Positions 38,289 to 48,567 of a stretch of DNA of 64,000 bases are shown piece by piece (the stretch's first letter is position 1; every line of letters starts with the position of its first letter). A program made the translations under genes and the position numbers. The notes below the pieces were generated by a model that saw nothing but the letters and a program-made list of their open reading frames with translations, made no database searches and was not told the DNA's origin. The stretch is from the IMG/VR virus record IMGVR_UViG_3300042483_000388; one strand, written 5' to 3'. This DNA is from a virus. Its lineage: Duplodnaviria; Caudoviricetes.

Positions 38289-40468
38289 TGGGATATATTA
38301 ATGTATATGGTTATAATGTAACCGGTGATTGTGAAAACATAGGTGTTGGTTCAGTAAGTTTTTTAATAAATGGAGATACACCACCTTTTGGGGTTACATG
38401 TGTTGGATCTGGTTGTACGTTACCAACATCGGCATCAACAACATCTTATAGTGCGGAGAACTTAACGGGAGGAACATATTTTTTACAAATAATAGATGGG
38501 TCATCCACATCAAGATTACAAACGGTTTATATTTCAACAGGGACTACCGCAACAATTGACTCATCAAATACTACCTGTGGATTTAATAATGGTACCGTAA
38601 CTGGATTCACTTCTGGAGTTTATGGTAATGCAACATTTGATCTCTACGATATTTTAAATAATGTAGTGTCTAGTGGTTCAACACCAAACTCTTATTTTGA
38701 ATTTACAAATTTATCTGCCGGAACATACTATATAGTCGCTAATGATGGTGGTGGGTGTACGGGAATTACGGCATCTGTTATTATCAACCCATCAACACCG
38801 TTTAATTTCGGTTATTATGTTGTTGATGATGCGGGATGTGCGTCATCAAGTGGTAAAATATTTATTACTGGTTTAACGCCTAGTTCGGCATATACATATA
38901 GTTGGTCATCTAATGTTGGGTCACAAACAGGGGATACAATGACAGGTTTAACCGCTGGTACCTATACGGTAACAATCACAAACCCTATTGATTGTGAGTC
39001 GTCAAGTGCGATAACAGTAACACAAGTACAGGCCGTTGGTAGTGCTGGATTTATTGTAACACCACCAAGTTGTTTCCAAAATGATGGTGTAGTTATTGCA
39101 ATTCTAACTGGAGGTACCGGACCATACTATTATAGTGGGTCAACAGGTGAAGTGGGAATATCTTTTGATACATCATTTACCTTTAGTGGTGTACCTACAG
39201 GCGTGTTTAATGTTTATGTTATGGATGCTGGTCTTTGTACTTATAGTGCTTCTGTTACTTTAAACACTCCAGGATCATTTAATTCTGTAAATGCTATAAC
39301 AACAAATTCCACCTGTTCTACAAACGACGGGACACTCCAAATTATTGTTGATAACGGAGCAACATCAGCCGTTAATTTACAAATACAAATATCTGGATCA
39401 ACAGGAATTATTCAAACGGGAACTGTTGGTAATGCAAATCAAACATTCTACGGATTACCAAATGGGACTTATATTTATGCCGTATCTTCAGTTGGGTGTA
39501 TATATACAGGAACTACAAGTATAATTTCGGTTAATAAATATACTGTTACAGCAACAACCGTTGGTACCACATGTGGATTTAATAATGGATCTTTAGAGGT
39601 TACAGTATCAACTGGTGGCACTTTACCATATAACTTTACGTTAACAGGGCCAACATACAATCCATCAACAACTAGTGGACCTATAGGTATATTTAATAAC
39701 CTGTTATATGGTAATTATACTTTAACCGTACAAGATTCTGGAATTCCGGCGTGTATACAAACTTACCCAATTTATATCAATTATAGTCAAAATATGTATT
39801 TTGATTTGAACCCTATTAATCCTGTGAATGGTAATGATGGTCAAATATCGACCACAATATATTCGGGAGTCCCTCCATTCACATTAAGTTGGAGTGGAAA
39901 TGTTATTGGTCAGACAGGATCAACAATAACTGGACTAACAAGTGGTACTTACGATTTAACAATAACTGATAGTAGTGGTTGTACACTAACAAAATCGGTT
40001 ACATTATTAGGAACCAAATTATATAGTGATTATATGTTCCATACAATATGTGAGGACATGTTTAAACCAAACGGATCTATTGGTGTAAGGAACATTAGGT
40101 CTATGTATTTGGAAGGTTTTGGAGACCTTACTAGTGGTGATACAAATTGTATTATAAATTCCGCAACATTCTCAATTTATACGGACGTTGATGGTGACAT
40201 TAAAATACAACCATTTTATGTGTCAACAGGAGCCACTGACTATCCAAATGATATTGTTTGGTCAGATAGTATTGTTGCAGCATTAGAAGAATATGTTGGT
40301 ATTACAGATGTTACGGTAGATTTAATATCAAATAGAATTACCTTAACATCTGGATGTGAAAAAATAACTAAGGATTGTATTTTACAACCATTCAATCCAC
40401 TACAAGATACCGAAATAACGGTTAAATTGGTTATTGATTATGAAATATCTTGTGTAACTTGTATATAA
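38288..40468 (+). CDS. SprB-repeat tail fibre/adhesin-like protein
   Basis: Repeated units of the form T.CG.NNG...GGT.PY.Y.WS..GQTG.T.TGL..GTY..TITD..GC. Confidence 0.75.
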   Translation: MGYINVYGYNVTGDCENIGVGSVSFLINGDTPPFGVTCVGSGCTLPTSASTTSYSAENLTGGTYFLQIIDGSSTSRLQTVYISTGTTATIDSSNTTCGFNNGTVTGFTSGVYGNATFDLYDILNNVVSSGSTPNSYFEFTNLSAGTYYIVANDGGGCTGITASVIINPSTPFNFGYYVVDDAGCASSSGKIFITGLTPSSAYTYSWSSNVGSQTGDTMTGLTAGTYTVTITNPIDCESSSAITVTQVQAVGSAGFIVTPPSCFQNDGVVIAILTGGTGPYYYSGSTGEVGISFDTSFTFSGVPTGVFNVYVMDAGLCTYSASVTLNTPGSFNSVNAITTNSTCSTNDGTLQIIVDNGATSAVNLQIQISGSTGIIQTGTVGNANQTFYGLPNGTYIYAVSSVGCIYTGTTSIISVNKYTVTATTVGTTCGFNNGSLEVTVSTGGTLPYNFTLTGPTYNPSTTSGPIGIFNNLLYGNYTLTVQDSGIPACIQTYPIYINYSQNMYFDLNPINPVNGNDGQISTTIYSGVPPFTLSWSGNVIGQTGSTITGLTSGTYDLTITDSSGCTLTKSVTLLGTKLYSDYMFHTICEDMFKPNGSIGVRNIRSMYLEGFGDLTSGDTNCIINSATFSIYTDVDGDIKIQPFYVSTGATDYPNDIVWSDSIVAALEEYVGITDVTVDLISNRITLTSGCEKITKDCILQPFNPLQDTEITVKLVIDYEISCVTCI

Positions 40469-40471
40469 GAC

Positions 40472-40963
40472 ATGAACGAAATAACAATATCTTCAATTTC
40501 AGGGTTAACCCCACCATTTAGTGCGTATTGTTGTAATGTTTATGGTAATCAATGTGTCTATGTTGGGTCGGGAGTAATGCCTCCTATTACTATAACATTA
40601 CCACCACAATTTAATACCGCACCTGCTGTTGGTTTATTAATAATAGACTCAATTGGGTGTGAAAGATTTGAAGAAATATATTGTATACCGACAACGCCAA
40701 CGCCCACACCTACCCCTACAGAAACGCCAACACCTACACCAACTCCCACACCAACTCCCACACCAACAATACCTTGTAATACTTATTGGTTATTTGAGGG
40801 TGGTCCAGCAGGGGCTACGTTTGATTATACAGATTGTGATGGGTTGTTACAAATACTTCTGGTTGGTATTGCTAGTTCCGAATATCGTTGTGGATACCTT
40901 TTACCCACCCCAACAATAATATCAGGTAGTGGGTCATTTTCAGATTCAGGACCTTGTCCTTAA
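40472..40963 (+). CDS. Two-domain Cys-rich structural protein with a (TP)n linker
   Basis: Small beta domain, PTTPTPTPTPTETPTPTPTPTPTPT, then a Cys-rich module. Confidence 0.65.
   Translation: MNEITISSISGLTPPFSAYCCNVYGNQCVYVGSGVMPPITITLPPQFNTAPAVGLLIIDSIGCERFEEIYCIPTTPTPTPTPTETPTPTPTPTPTPTPTIPCNTYWLFEGGPAGATFDYTDCDGLLQILLVGIASSEYRCGYLLPTPTIISGSGSFSDSGPCP
40690..40768 (+). repeat. Degenerate 6-bp (Thr-Pro) coding repeat
   Basis: acgcca/acacct/actccc/acacca units. Confidence 0.85.
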
Positions 40964-41004
40964 TTTAGATTCACTTATTAAAAATAACGATTATTATTTC
41001 ACTA

Positions 41005-41985
41005 ATGAAAGAGATTTTATTTGTATCTGCCCAACCTGATGTTCCCTATTTTATTTGGCAAATTAAACTTTATGTTAACAACTTTATTGATAATGGTATT
41101 GACCCAAATCAAATACACGTTGTTTTAGGTTTAGTTCTTGGTAAAACAGAACCGTCTAAAGGGGCAAAAGAATTGGTTAATTTGGGGATAAATACACACT
41201 TTTTTATTGATAATAGAGTTAAAAAACATTATATCCCAAGTATTAAACCATATTTAATATCAAAATGGATACAATCAAACCCTGATTATGGGAAGATATT
41301 TTTCCTACACGATGCGGACATTATATTTAGGGAACTACCGAAATTTAATCGGTTGTTAAACGATGAGGTAAGTTATTTATCTGATACCATTGGATATATT
41401 GGTTATGATTACATTATGGATTGTTGTAAAAGATATGAATCAAAACACCCAAACTCAGAAAAGGGACAATTAATGTCTGAGATGGTTGAAGTAATTGGGG
41501 TTGATGTTGAAACAATAAAAGAAAACCAAGAAAATTCAGGTGGAGGACAATACCTGATCAAAAATACAACTTGTGAACTTTGGGATAAAATCTATAAAGA
41601 TTCAACCACATTATATGATAAGATGTTAGACTACCAAAAAAGATTCCCAATAAATCCAGGCCAAATACAATTTTGGACAGCAGAAATGTGGTCTCTTTTA
41701 TGGAACCTATGGATGTATGGGTTTAAAACAAAAATAACAAATGAGTTTGAATTTTGTTGGGCAACAGATGATATTAATAAGTACAATACCACACCAATAC
41801 TACATATGGCTGGAGTAACACAAGATATAAAAACTACAAAGTTTTTTAAAGGTGATTATATTAATATAGACCCAATTGAGGAATTAAGAAAAAACCCAAA
41901 CGTTTTTGATTATATAGATTCAAATAGTTCAACAATAAAATATATTGAGAATATGAAATCATATCTCCAAAAATCAAATATTTGA
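41005..41985 (+). CDS. GT-A glycosyltransferase, HPAT/SGT1 (GT95/GT96)-like peptide O-glycosyltransferase
   Basis: PYFIWQIKLYVNNF, YIPSIKPYLISKWI, LHDADIIFR (DxD), WTAEMWS and ILHMAG parallel, in order, the remembered plant SGT1/HPAT motifs YFDWQ, AINKP...WL, ILDADMIIR, W.SEMY and IIHY. Confidence 0.7.
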   Translation: MKEILFVSAQPDVPYFIWQIKLYVNNFIDNGIDPNQIHVVLGLVLGKTEPSKGAKELVNLGINTHFFIDNRVKKHYIPSIKPYLISKWIQSNPDYGKIFFLHDADIIFRELPKFNRLLNDEVSYLSDTIGYIGYDYIMDCCKRYESKHPNSEKGQLMSEMVEVIGVDVETIKENQENSGGGQYLIKNTTCELWDKIYKDSTTLYDKMLDYQKRFPINPGQIQFWTAEMWSLLWNLWMYGFKTKITNEFEFCWATDDINKYNTTPILHMAGVTQDIKTTKFFKGDYINIDPIEELRKNPNVFDYIDSNSSTIKYIENMKSYLQKSNI

Positions 41986-41986
41986 T

Positions 41987-41994
41987 TATTTATC
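41987..41994 (+). promoter_or_regulatory. TATTTATC putative late promoter
   Basis: Motif before the ATG at 42002. Confidence 0.5.
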
Positions 41995-42001
41995 TAATAA
42001 G

Positions 42002-44059
42002 ATGGTAGAAAATTGTTACATACTTTATCCTGTTAATGGTAATTCAGAACCAATAGTTTCAAACTATAGTGGTTTAACTGCATATACTTCAGGTTTTGCT
42101 TATATTGAAACTACTGGAATAACAAGTCCAAGTGGTTGTTTTTATGTTTTAAATATTGGTGAGATAGAATGTGTTCCAACAGAAGAAATAACAATTGATA
42201 GTGGGACAACTTGTTCTGGGTTATGTTATTGTTATTTTATAAAAACCCAATCTGAAAATACCGATGTTACATATGTTGATTGCGATAACAATATCGTTGT
42301 TCAAAGTCTAATATCCGGATTAACATATAATCTTTGTAGTAGAATATATCCCCAATTTGATTCGGAATCTAATATACCGTTAAAGGTAACCGACATATGT
42401 GAAAACAATCAATGTCCACCAACATTACCAACGGTAAAACCAACAAACGAATGTGATGTAATAACGTTGTTCCCAATGAAAATACAATGTTTAACACAAC
42501 AACCAACCAGCATATTTTCTTATGATGGAGCCACAACTCTTTTAATAACTGGTGGAACACCACCATATACAGTATTTTGGGAAGTAGGTAGTTATGCTCC
42601 GGCATTAACAAACTTAAGTGTTGGTAGTTATACCGCAACGGTAACGGATTATTATGGGGACTTCACCGAAGTTACGACCTGTGTGTTAACAGCAGAAACA
42701 ATAGTTTATTCTGCAATGTGTTTTGTGGTTTCAGGTATAGTTGAAGAGAATGTTGTTTATATAACATCACAACCACAAGGAGTGAGAAATGGTAAACCTT
42801 ATTACATTTTAACATATGGGGTAACTACTTTAGGGTATGTTATATGGCAACCACAATACGAATATTGGTCATTCTGTCAATCAATGGAATGTCAAAACGG
42901 AACCTTCTATTCTTATTTGTTAGATAATGGCGATTTATACCCATCAGGATCTACTTGGCAAGTTTCGGCCTCAACACTATATCAAATAACGGAATCTTAT
43001 GTCGGGCCTTGTGAGATACCTGTGGTTCCTACCGATTATGGACCATTATGTGTTTCATTAGTTATTAGGAGTAATGAACTTGGATACCTATCACAAGAAC
43101 TACAAATAGAGGTATTACCAACGAATGACCTTAATGGTCAACCAACTTGGACATCTCTTGATAGTCAATATTTCATGTATTGGAATACAGGATCAACACC
43201 AAACCAATGGACATTCACAGGATATCCCGGTACAAATATTAGTTTGGTTAATAATGATCCTTCAGCACCACCATTAAGTAATTGGGTAATTTATGGTACT
43301 GGTGAAGTATTACAAATGACAGTTTTGTCGGGAGAATGTTCAGTAAATCAATTAGTGACTGTTAGTGTGACAAAAAATAACGCTCTTTGTGAAAACGATG
43401 GGAGTATTTCTGTTAGTGCTATTGGAGGAACGGCCCCGTATCAATATTCAATAGATGGGGGAATAACCTATCAAACATCTCCAATATTTTTAAATTTAGC
43501 ACCAGGATATTATGACGTATTTGTTAAGGATTCTAATAATGTTGTAGGTAGTACAACGACAATACAAATTACCTCAACACCATCAACGACATATTTCCTA
43601 ACATTATCGGTAAATACGATAAATGATACATTTGTGGTTACGGCACCGACATTACCGGCAGGTGTTACGATATCATTCAATTTGAATATGACATCAAACT
43701 TTAGTTATTATCCAACAACATTAAGTCCAGCCCCAACATATAATAACATAACAACAATAGATGGTTATGGAGTAATGACACTTTATAATACAACAAGTAG
43801 TGTGATACCATTATCGGGACCTTGTACCGCGGATGGACCAATTAACATAGCACAACAAAACCTACAATACCTTAATAATTTAACAATAGGAAGTAATCAA
43901 ACAATAACAGGATTTACAACAAATCAAATAATAAACGACCCAACAGGATATTGTGAAGATGCGATTCCTAATTACCAATTATATATCAGTAATGCCGTAA
44001 TAAATAATTGTAAGTGTTGTAAAATAAAATTTATAAACCCTGTTCCAACAAAAAATTAA
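42002..44059 (+). CDS. Cys-rich tail fibre/adhesin-like protein with SprB repeats
   Basis: GGTPPYTVFW...LTNLSVGSYTATVTD; CENDGSISVSAIGGTAPYQYSIDGG...F.NL..G.Y.V.VKDSN. Confidence 0.72.
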   Translation: MVENCYILYPVNGNSEPIVSNYSGLTAYTSGFAYIETTGITSPSGCFYVLNIGEIECVPTEEITIDSGTTCSGLCYCYFIKTQSENTDVTYVDCDNNIVVQSLISGLTYNLCSRIYPQFDSESNIPLKVTDICENNQCPPTLPTVKPTNECDVITLFPMKIQCLTQQPTSIFSYDGATTLLITGGTPPYTVFWEVGSYAPALTNLSVGSYTATVTDYYGDFTEVTTCVLTAETIVYSAMCFVVSGIVEENVVYITSQPQGVRNGKPYYILTYGVTTLGYVIWQPQYEYWSFCQSMECQNGTFYSYLLDNGDLYPSGSTWQVSASTLYQITESYVGPCEIPVVPTDYGPLCVSLVIRSNELGYLSQELQIEVLPTNDLNGQPTWTSLDSQYFMYWNTGSTPNQWTFTGYPGTNISLVNNDPSAPPLSNWVIYGTGEVLQMTVLSGECSVNQLVTVSVTKNNALCENDGSISVSAIGGTAPYQYSIDGGITYQTSPIFLNLAPGYYDVFVKDSNNVVGSTTTIQITSTPSTTYFLTLSVNTINDTFVVTAPTLPAGVTISFNLNMTSNFSYYPTTLSPAPTYNNITTIDGYGVMTLYNTTSSVIPLSGPCTADGPINIAQQNLQYLNNLTIGSNQTITGFTTNQIINDPTGYCEDAIPNYQLYISNAVINNCKCCKIKFINPVPTKN

Positions 44060-44068
44060 ATAAAACAA

Positions 44069-44076
44069 TATTTATC
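44069..44076 (+). promoter_or_regulatory. TATTTATC putative late promoter
   Basis: Motif before the ATG at 44083. Confidence 0.5.
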
Positions 44077-44082
44077 ATTTAA

Positions 44083-46581
44083 ATGGCATACATACTTAAA
44101 AATACGTCGGGGTTAGTAAATACTAGAGTTACTGATACAGGTAGACAAAGATTATCTGAGGGTAAATTTAATATCGTATATTTTACCATTGGTGATAGTG
44201 AAGTTTCATATAATGAATTACCTACCACTTATAATCAAACAAATAGCTTGATTTTAGAACCACAATTTAACGCTCAAAATTCATCTGGAGTTCCTGAATC
44301 AAATAGACAATATGTTAAGTATCCATATTTGGTTGATGAAGGGCAGACTAACATATTTGGAATACCATTTATGGATTCCACCGTAGATCCCGTTTATAAC
44401 AGAGCCGCAATGAGAGGATTTTTCTCTGGCATTACTTCAGCGTCGACAATAGAATGGAAAGCGTTAGTTAATAACCAATATGTTACAACACCAAATTATG
44501 TTGTTAGAATGTCGTCATTAATTGGTATAAATGAAATAAATGTAGAAAGACTTGATTGTAATTCACAAAATAACAATACACCACAAGTTGGTGATTTTAT
44601 AACGATATACTATGATGGTAGAGCAACAACAAACTGTAGTTGTGTTAATTTGCCAACACCAACACCAACACCATCTGTAAGTAATTCACCAACCGTTACG
44701 TTAACACCGACACCGTCATCAACAGACCCTTGTTCTTCGGCAACACCAACACCAACACCAACTCAAACACCTTGTTTTACTCCAACACCAAGTGCTCAGT
44801 GTCCATTACCGCCACCACCTGACTGTAATATGGAGGTTTATAGTTGTTTTTCTATTTTAACTTATAAAATTATTGCAGTTTGTGAGAATAAACTTACGTT
44901 AGATAGAAATACACCAGATTTTAGTGACTTATCTTCCGATTGTTTAGCAAGAACTTTAATATATCCGGCCCAAATGGTTCCATTTTATGATAGTTTCACA
45001 CCTGAACCACATTGGGATAGAAATGTAATTGATTTTGAATCTATTTGTGATACGGATCAGTTTGATGTTAAAGTTTGGAATATGAACATTCCTTGGACTG
45101 AAAATCCAGCAGGACTTTTCCCAACTCAATTTAATGGGTATGATAAATTTGGGTCAATAAATTATATTGGAACAAAAGAGTATCTTGGATATAATTCATC
45201 TAATGGTCAAACATCGACAGATGATGTTTATTATTATAATTCTTTTGGTGAAAAAATGGTTGTAACCGCTGAAGAACAAAAGGCAATATCAATCATACAT
45301 TATACAAATCAGACTATTGATTTTTTCTATGGTGAGAAATTTGCTTTAGAACCTTATGATAGTGCAAATCCTGAAAATACTCAAGGACAAGCAAGAAACT
45401 TTAAACTACACATACCAACTTTAATGTGGCATAAAAATCCACAATGTTGTTTTGGTCAAACATTTTGGGTAGACCCTCCAGGGTTTGAAGGTAAAGATCT
45501 ATTCAAAGTTCAATATACAAAATCAAAAATAGATCAGGATATGAATCAGCCTGGTTTAAGATACTATAATTTATGGGATACATTTTCACAACCAAACGGA
45601 CTCCCAAGTAGAATAGGAAAGGTATATCCTGACTCAAAAATGGTGGTTATTGATGATGAGGAAATTGTTGCAGCACTTTCATATAAGGCAAATAGAAATT
45701 GGACATTACCGGCGCCACAAGTTTCATTAATAACTCCAAACACATTTGGGACATCAAATTCGACCGGAATTTTAACTGGTGTTGGAGAAACTCTTTGGGT
45801 AACATATCGACTATCAAATAACACAACATTTACAAACTCACTTCATAGTAATTATTATTCTTATGTTGTGGGGAACGATCGTGTTTGTGGTCCCGATAGC
45901 CCTAAAAATGTAGCGGTTAGATTTGGAGGTGATTTCCCTTGTTTAGTTCAACCAGGATATTCGCCAACAACAACAACGACAACTTATAACCCTACAACAA
46001 CAACGACAACAACCATACCTTATACAACGACAACCACAACAGTATGTCAAGTGTGTACAGTACCAGCAGGATTTTATGCTACTGAGTTCCAAGTGTTAGC
46101 TCAAAAAGTGATAACAGGATTAAGACCAGACCCAACACAATGGAGATCTATTGATTTTACGAGTCAGGCAAGTCAATACTCAATAAATGGGTATTTAACC
46201 CAAGAATCTTTAACAGCAACAACATTTGTTATAACCGCCGAAAATTATGCGGCAGCACCCTACTACAACTTAAATGATTACATCGATTTAGTACCAATTA
46301 ACCAAACAGGTCAAGTTTTAAATTTTGGTGATGAATATTATTTTTATGGAAATTTAGAGACAGATATTCAAGCCACAATTTATGAAATGAAATATAAGAT
46401 CAATTTAAGTGAATCTGAGTTCTTAATTTCACAAAACCCAAGTTGGACTAAAGGGACTAAATCATATGTTAGTGAGATATCGTTAATGGATGAGAATAAG
46501 GATATTCTTGTCATTTCTAAACTACAATCACCAGTGTTGAGACAGGGAATACAACAGTATATAGTAAAGTTAGATTTCTAA
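44083..46581 (+). CDS. Tail fibre attachment/collar-like protein with (TP)n and poly-Thr linkers
   Basis: N-terminal VTDTGRQRL...YFTIGDSE and C-terminal EISLMDENKDILVISKL resemble the two halves of the DUF3751-like fibre base domain. Confidence 0.55.
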   Translation: MAYILKNTSGLVNTRVTDTGRQRLSEGKFNIVYFTIGDSEVSYNELPTTYNQTNSLILEPQFNAQNSSGVPESNRQYVKYPYLVDEGQTNIFGIPFMDSTVDPVYNRAAMRGFFSGITSASTIEWKALVNNQYVTTPNYVVRMSSLIGINEINVERLDCNSQNNNTPQVGDFITIYYDGRATTNCSCVNLPTPTPTPSVSNSPTVTLTPTPSSTDPCSSATPTPTPTQTPCFTPTPSAQCPLPPPPDCNMEVYSCFSILTYKIIAVCENKLTLDRNTPDFSDLSSDCLARTLIYPAQMVPFYDSFTPEPHWDRNVIDFESICDTDQFDVKVWNMNIPWTENPAGLFPTQFNGYDKFGSINYIGTKEYLGYNSSNGQTSTDDVYYYNSFGEKMVVTAEEQKAISIIHYTNQTIDFFYGEKFALEPYDSANPENTQGQARNFKLHIPTLMWHKNPQCCFGQTFWVDPPGFEGKDLFKVQYTKSKIDQDMNQPGLRYYNLWDTFSQPNGLPSRIGKVYPDSKMVVIDDEEIVAALSYKANRNWTLPAPQVSLITPNTFGTSNSTGILTGVGETLWVTYRLSNNTTFTNSLHSNYYSYVVGNDRVCGPDSPKNVAVRFGGDFPCLVQPGYSPTTTTTTYNPTTTTTTTIPYTTTTTTVCQVCTVPAGFYATEFQVLAQKVITGLRPDPTQWRSIDFTSQASQYSINGYLTQESLTATTFVITAENYAAAPYYNLNDYIDLVPINQTGQVLNFGDEYYFYGNLETDIQATIYEMKYKINLSESEFLISQNPSWTKGTKSYVSEISLMDENKDILVISKLQSPVLRQGIQQYIVKLDF

Positions 46582-46633
46582 AAACTACAATTTTTATATT
46601 TTATTCTTATAATATTTAAAAGACATTTTTTAT

Positions 46634-47239
46634 ATGACAAAAAATTTGAAGAATTCACCCAAAGTATTGGGGTTAGATGTATCAACCCGAACCATTGGAT
46701 GGGCTTTATTTGATATTATGAGTCAAGAACTTTTAGAGTTAACACATATTTCCCCACGACCTAAAATAGATAAAGATGAGGACAAATTAAAAGAATTACT
46801 TTTAAAGTCCGAAATATTTGCCGATAAATTAAAAGAATATAAGGATTTAGGTATTGTTAGAGTTATTATAGAAGAACCACTAATAAATTCTAACAATGTT
46901 TATACAGTTCAAACACTATTAAGATTTAATAGTTTTGTATTTAAAGAAATATATAATATATTAGGAATAATACCCGAATTCATTTCTACATATAACTCAA
47001 GAAAATTTGCGTTTCCAGAATTAGTTCAAGAGAACGATAAAAAGAAATTTGTGTTGTTTGGTGGATTACCTAAAGATGTTGATAAAAAAACAATTATTTG
47101 GGATAAGGTAGCTAAAAGAGAACCACAAATAAAATGGTTATACACAAAAAATAATACTTTAAAGAAAGAAAATTTTGACCAAACAGATGCTTATGCTTGT
47201 GTTTTAGGATTTATGAGGTTAAAAGAAGTGTGGAAGTAA
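46634..47239 (+). CDS. ruvC: RuvC-like Holliday junction resolvase
   Basis: VLGLDVSTRTIGWA, IIEEP and DQTDAYAC RNase H-fold acidic residues. Confidence 0.8.
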   Translation: MTKNLKNSPKVLGLDVSTRTIGWALFDIMSQELLELTHISPRPKIDKDEDKLKELLLKSEIFADKLKEYKDLGIVRVIIEEPLINSNNVYTVQTLLRFNSFVFKEIYNILGIIPEFISTYNSRKFAFPELVQENDKKKFVLFGGLPKDVDKKTIIWDKVAKREPQIKWLYTKNNTLKKENFDQTDAYACVLGFMRLKEVWK

Positions 47240-47265
47240 TATAATTTAAAATACTCATAGTTATT

Positions 47266-47296
47266 AATATCGACCTTACAGTCGATATTTTTTTTT
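47266..47296 (+). terminator. Terminator between convergent genes
   Basis: aatatcgac-cttaca-gtcgatatt plus a T-tract. Confidence 0.8.
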
Positions 47297-48566
47297 AACA
47301 TACATTTTGTAAGTTAATTGCCGTGAAACTTAATGAAGGTGATGTTGGTATTGTTGTTGAACAAACAATAAAGTTTGTGTCCGCAGCTAAATTTGCCGAT
47401 ATTGAATTACCTAAACAATTTGTATAGCTGTACTTAATACTTGAAGGGCCAATATTTGTTACCCTATATTCTAATGATACGCAAGGGGATGGTGATGGGG
47501 TTGGTGTCGGTGTTGGTGTTGGTGTTGGAGAAGGGGTTGGACTAATTCCTGGATCACAATTAAGGCAAGATCCATCCGTTACAGGACCAATTTCAGTTAT
47601 TAACTCAATAACGTCAACACCACTAATATTCTCAAACAATCCTTGATAAATTGCACAATGACTTTGACCATTAATATTCATTTTATATACATAACCTTCT
47701 TTTGGTGTATTACCAAGTGGATCTAAAACAATATCCGAAGTATAATAATCAATACCTGTAAAACAATCTTTAAATAGTTTACTATTAGCACATTGTAATA
47801 CCTCACTAAATGAGTTGAAAATCACCTCACCCGAAAAAGAACATGGTCTTGTCACTTCTGGTGATGGTGAAGGTGTTGGTGTTTGAGTGGGTGAAGGTGT
47901 TGGGGTAATGCCTGTTACTGAAACACTCATTGATACTCCACCACAAATATTAGACACTGTTGGGGTTGGAGTCGGTGTAGGTGTTTGAGATGGTGATGGT
48001 GTTAGACTTGGTGTTGGCGTAACCAAACAATCAAAAATAGCCTCAAAATCAAAATTTTCACAAGCTGAGGTTGTTGTGGTTGTTGTTATACATATACCGG
48101 AATACATAACAGTGTCGTCAAAATCGGGACATTCGGAAGTGCTACCATAAGGACCAAATTGATCGCAAGGATTGCTAAGAGTTTGTGATAAGCACCACCT
48201 TGTTTCTCCTGATGAATAGTAAATAACGAATCCTGTTGTTTGTCCTGTGAAATAAGAATTGACATCATAAATTCCAGCATATTGGTAAGTATCATTATAG
48301 GTATCATCATTTTGAATACAATAAAATTGGGTGCACTCGCATGCTTCTATAAATTCGATCTTACCAGTTAAATCAGTCCCATATTTGGTTAAACCATCTG
48401 AAAAAGTTGAGGATGTCAACTCAGTTCCTGTGGTACAAGCAACGCTAGAATAAACTACTGTTCCTGATAACAAATCATTACCGTACAAGGTAGTTGTTAG
48501 TGCCGAAAAACACAGATTAACAAAATCAGTCCCAATCGAATAAATACCCAAATTATTACAAGCCAT
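47295..48566 (-). CDS. Cys-rich structural/adhesin-like protein with three (S/T)P-repeat linkers
   Basis: TPTPSLTPSPSQTPTPTPTPT, TPTPSPTQTPTPSPSP and SPTPSPTPTPTPTPTPSPSP, plus TTTTTTS. Confidence 0.7.
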   Translation of the reverse strand: MACNNLGIYSIGTDFVNLCFSALTTTLYGNDLLSGTVVYSSVACTTGTELTSSTFSDGLTKYGTDLTGKIEFIEACECTQFYCIQNDDTYNDTYQYAGIYDVNSYFTGQTTGFVIYYSSGETRWCLSQTLSNPCDQFGPYGSTSECPDFDDTVMYSGICITTTTTTSACENFDFEAIFDCLVTPTPSLTPSPSQTPTPTPTPTVSNICGGVSMSVSVTGITPTPSPTQTPTPSPSPEVTRPCSFSGEVIFNSFSEVLQCANSKLFKDCFTGIDYYTSDIVLDPLGNTPKEGYVYKMNINGQSHCAIYQGLFENISGVDVIELITEIGPVTDGSCLNCDPGISPTPSPTPTPTPTPTPSPSPCVSLEYRVTNIGPSSIKYSYTNCLGNSISANLAADTNFIVCSTTIPTSPSLSFTAINLQNVC

Positions 48567-48567
48567 A

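Noticed and set aside
38288-48566. Diversity-generating retroelement targeting the fibres
   Set aside because: No reverse transcriptase and no adenine-mismatched template/variable repeat pair were seen in the window.
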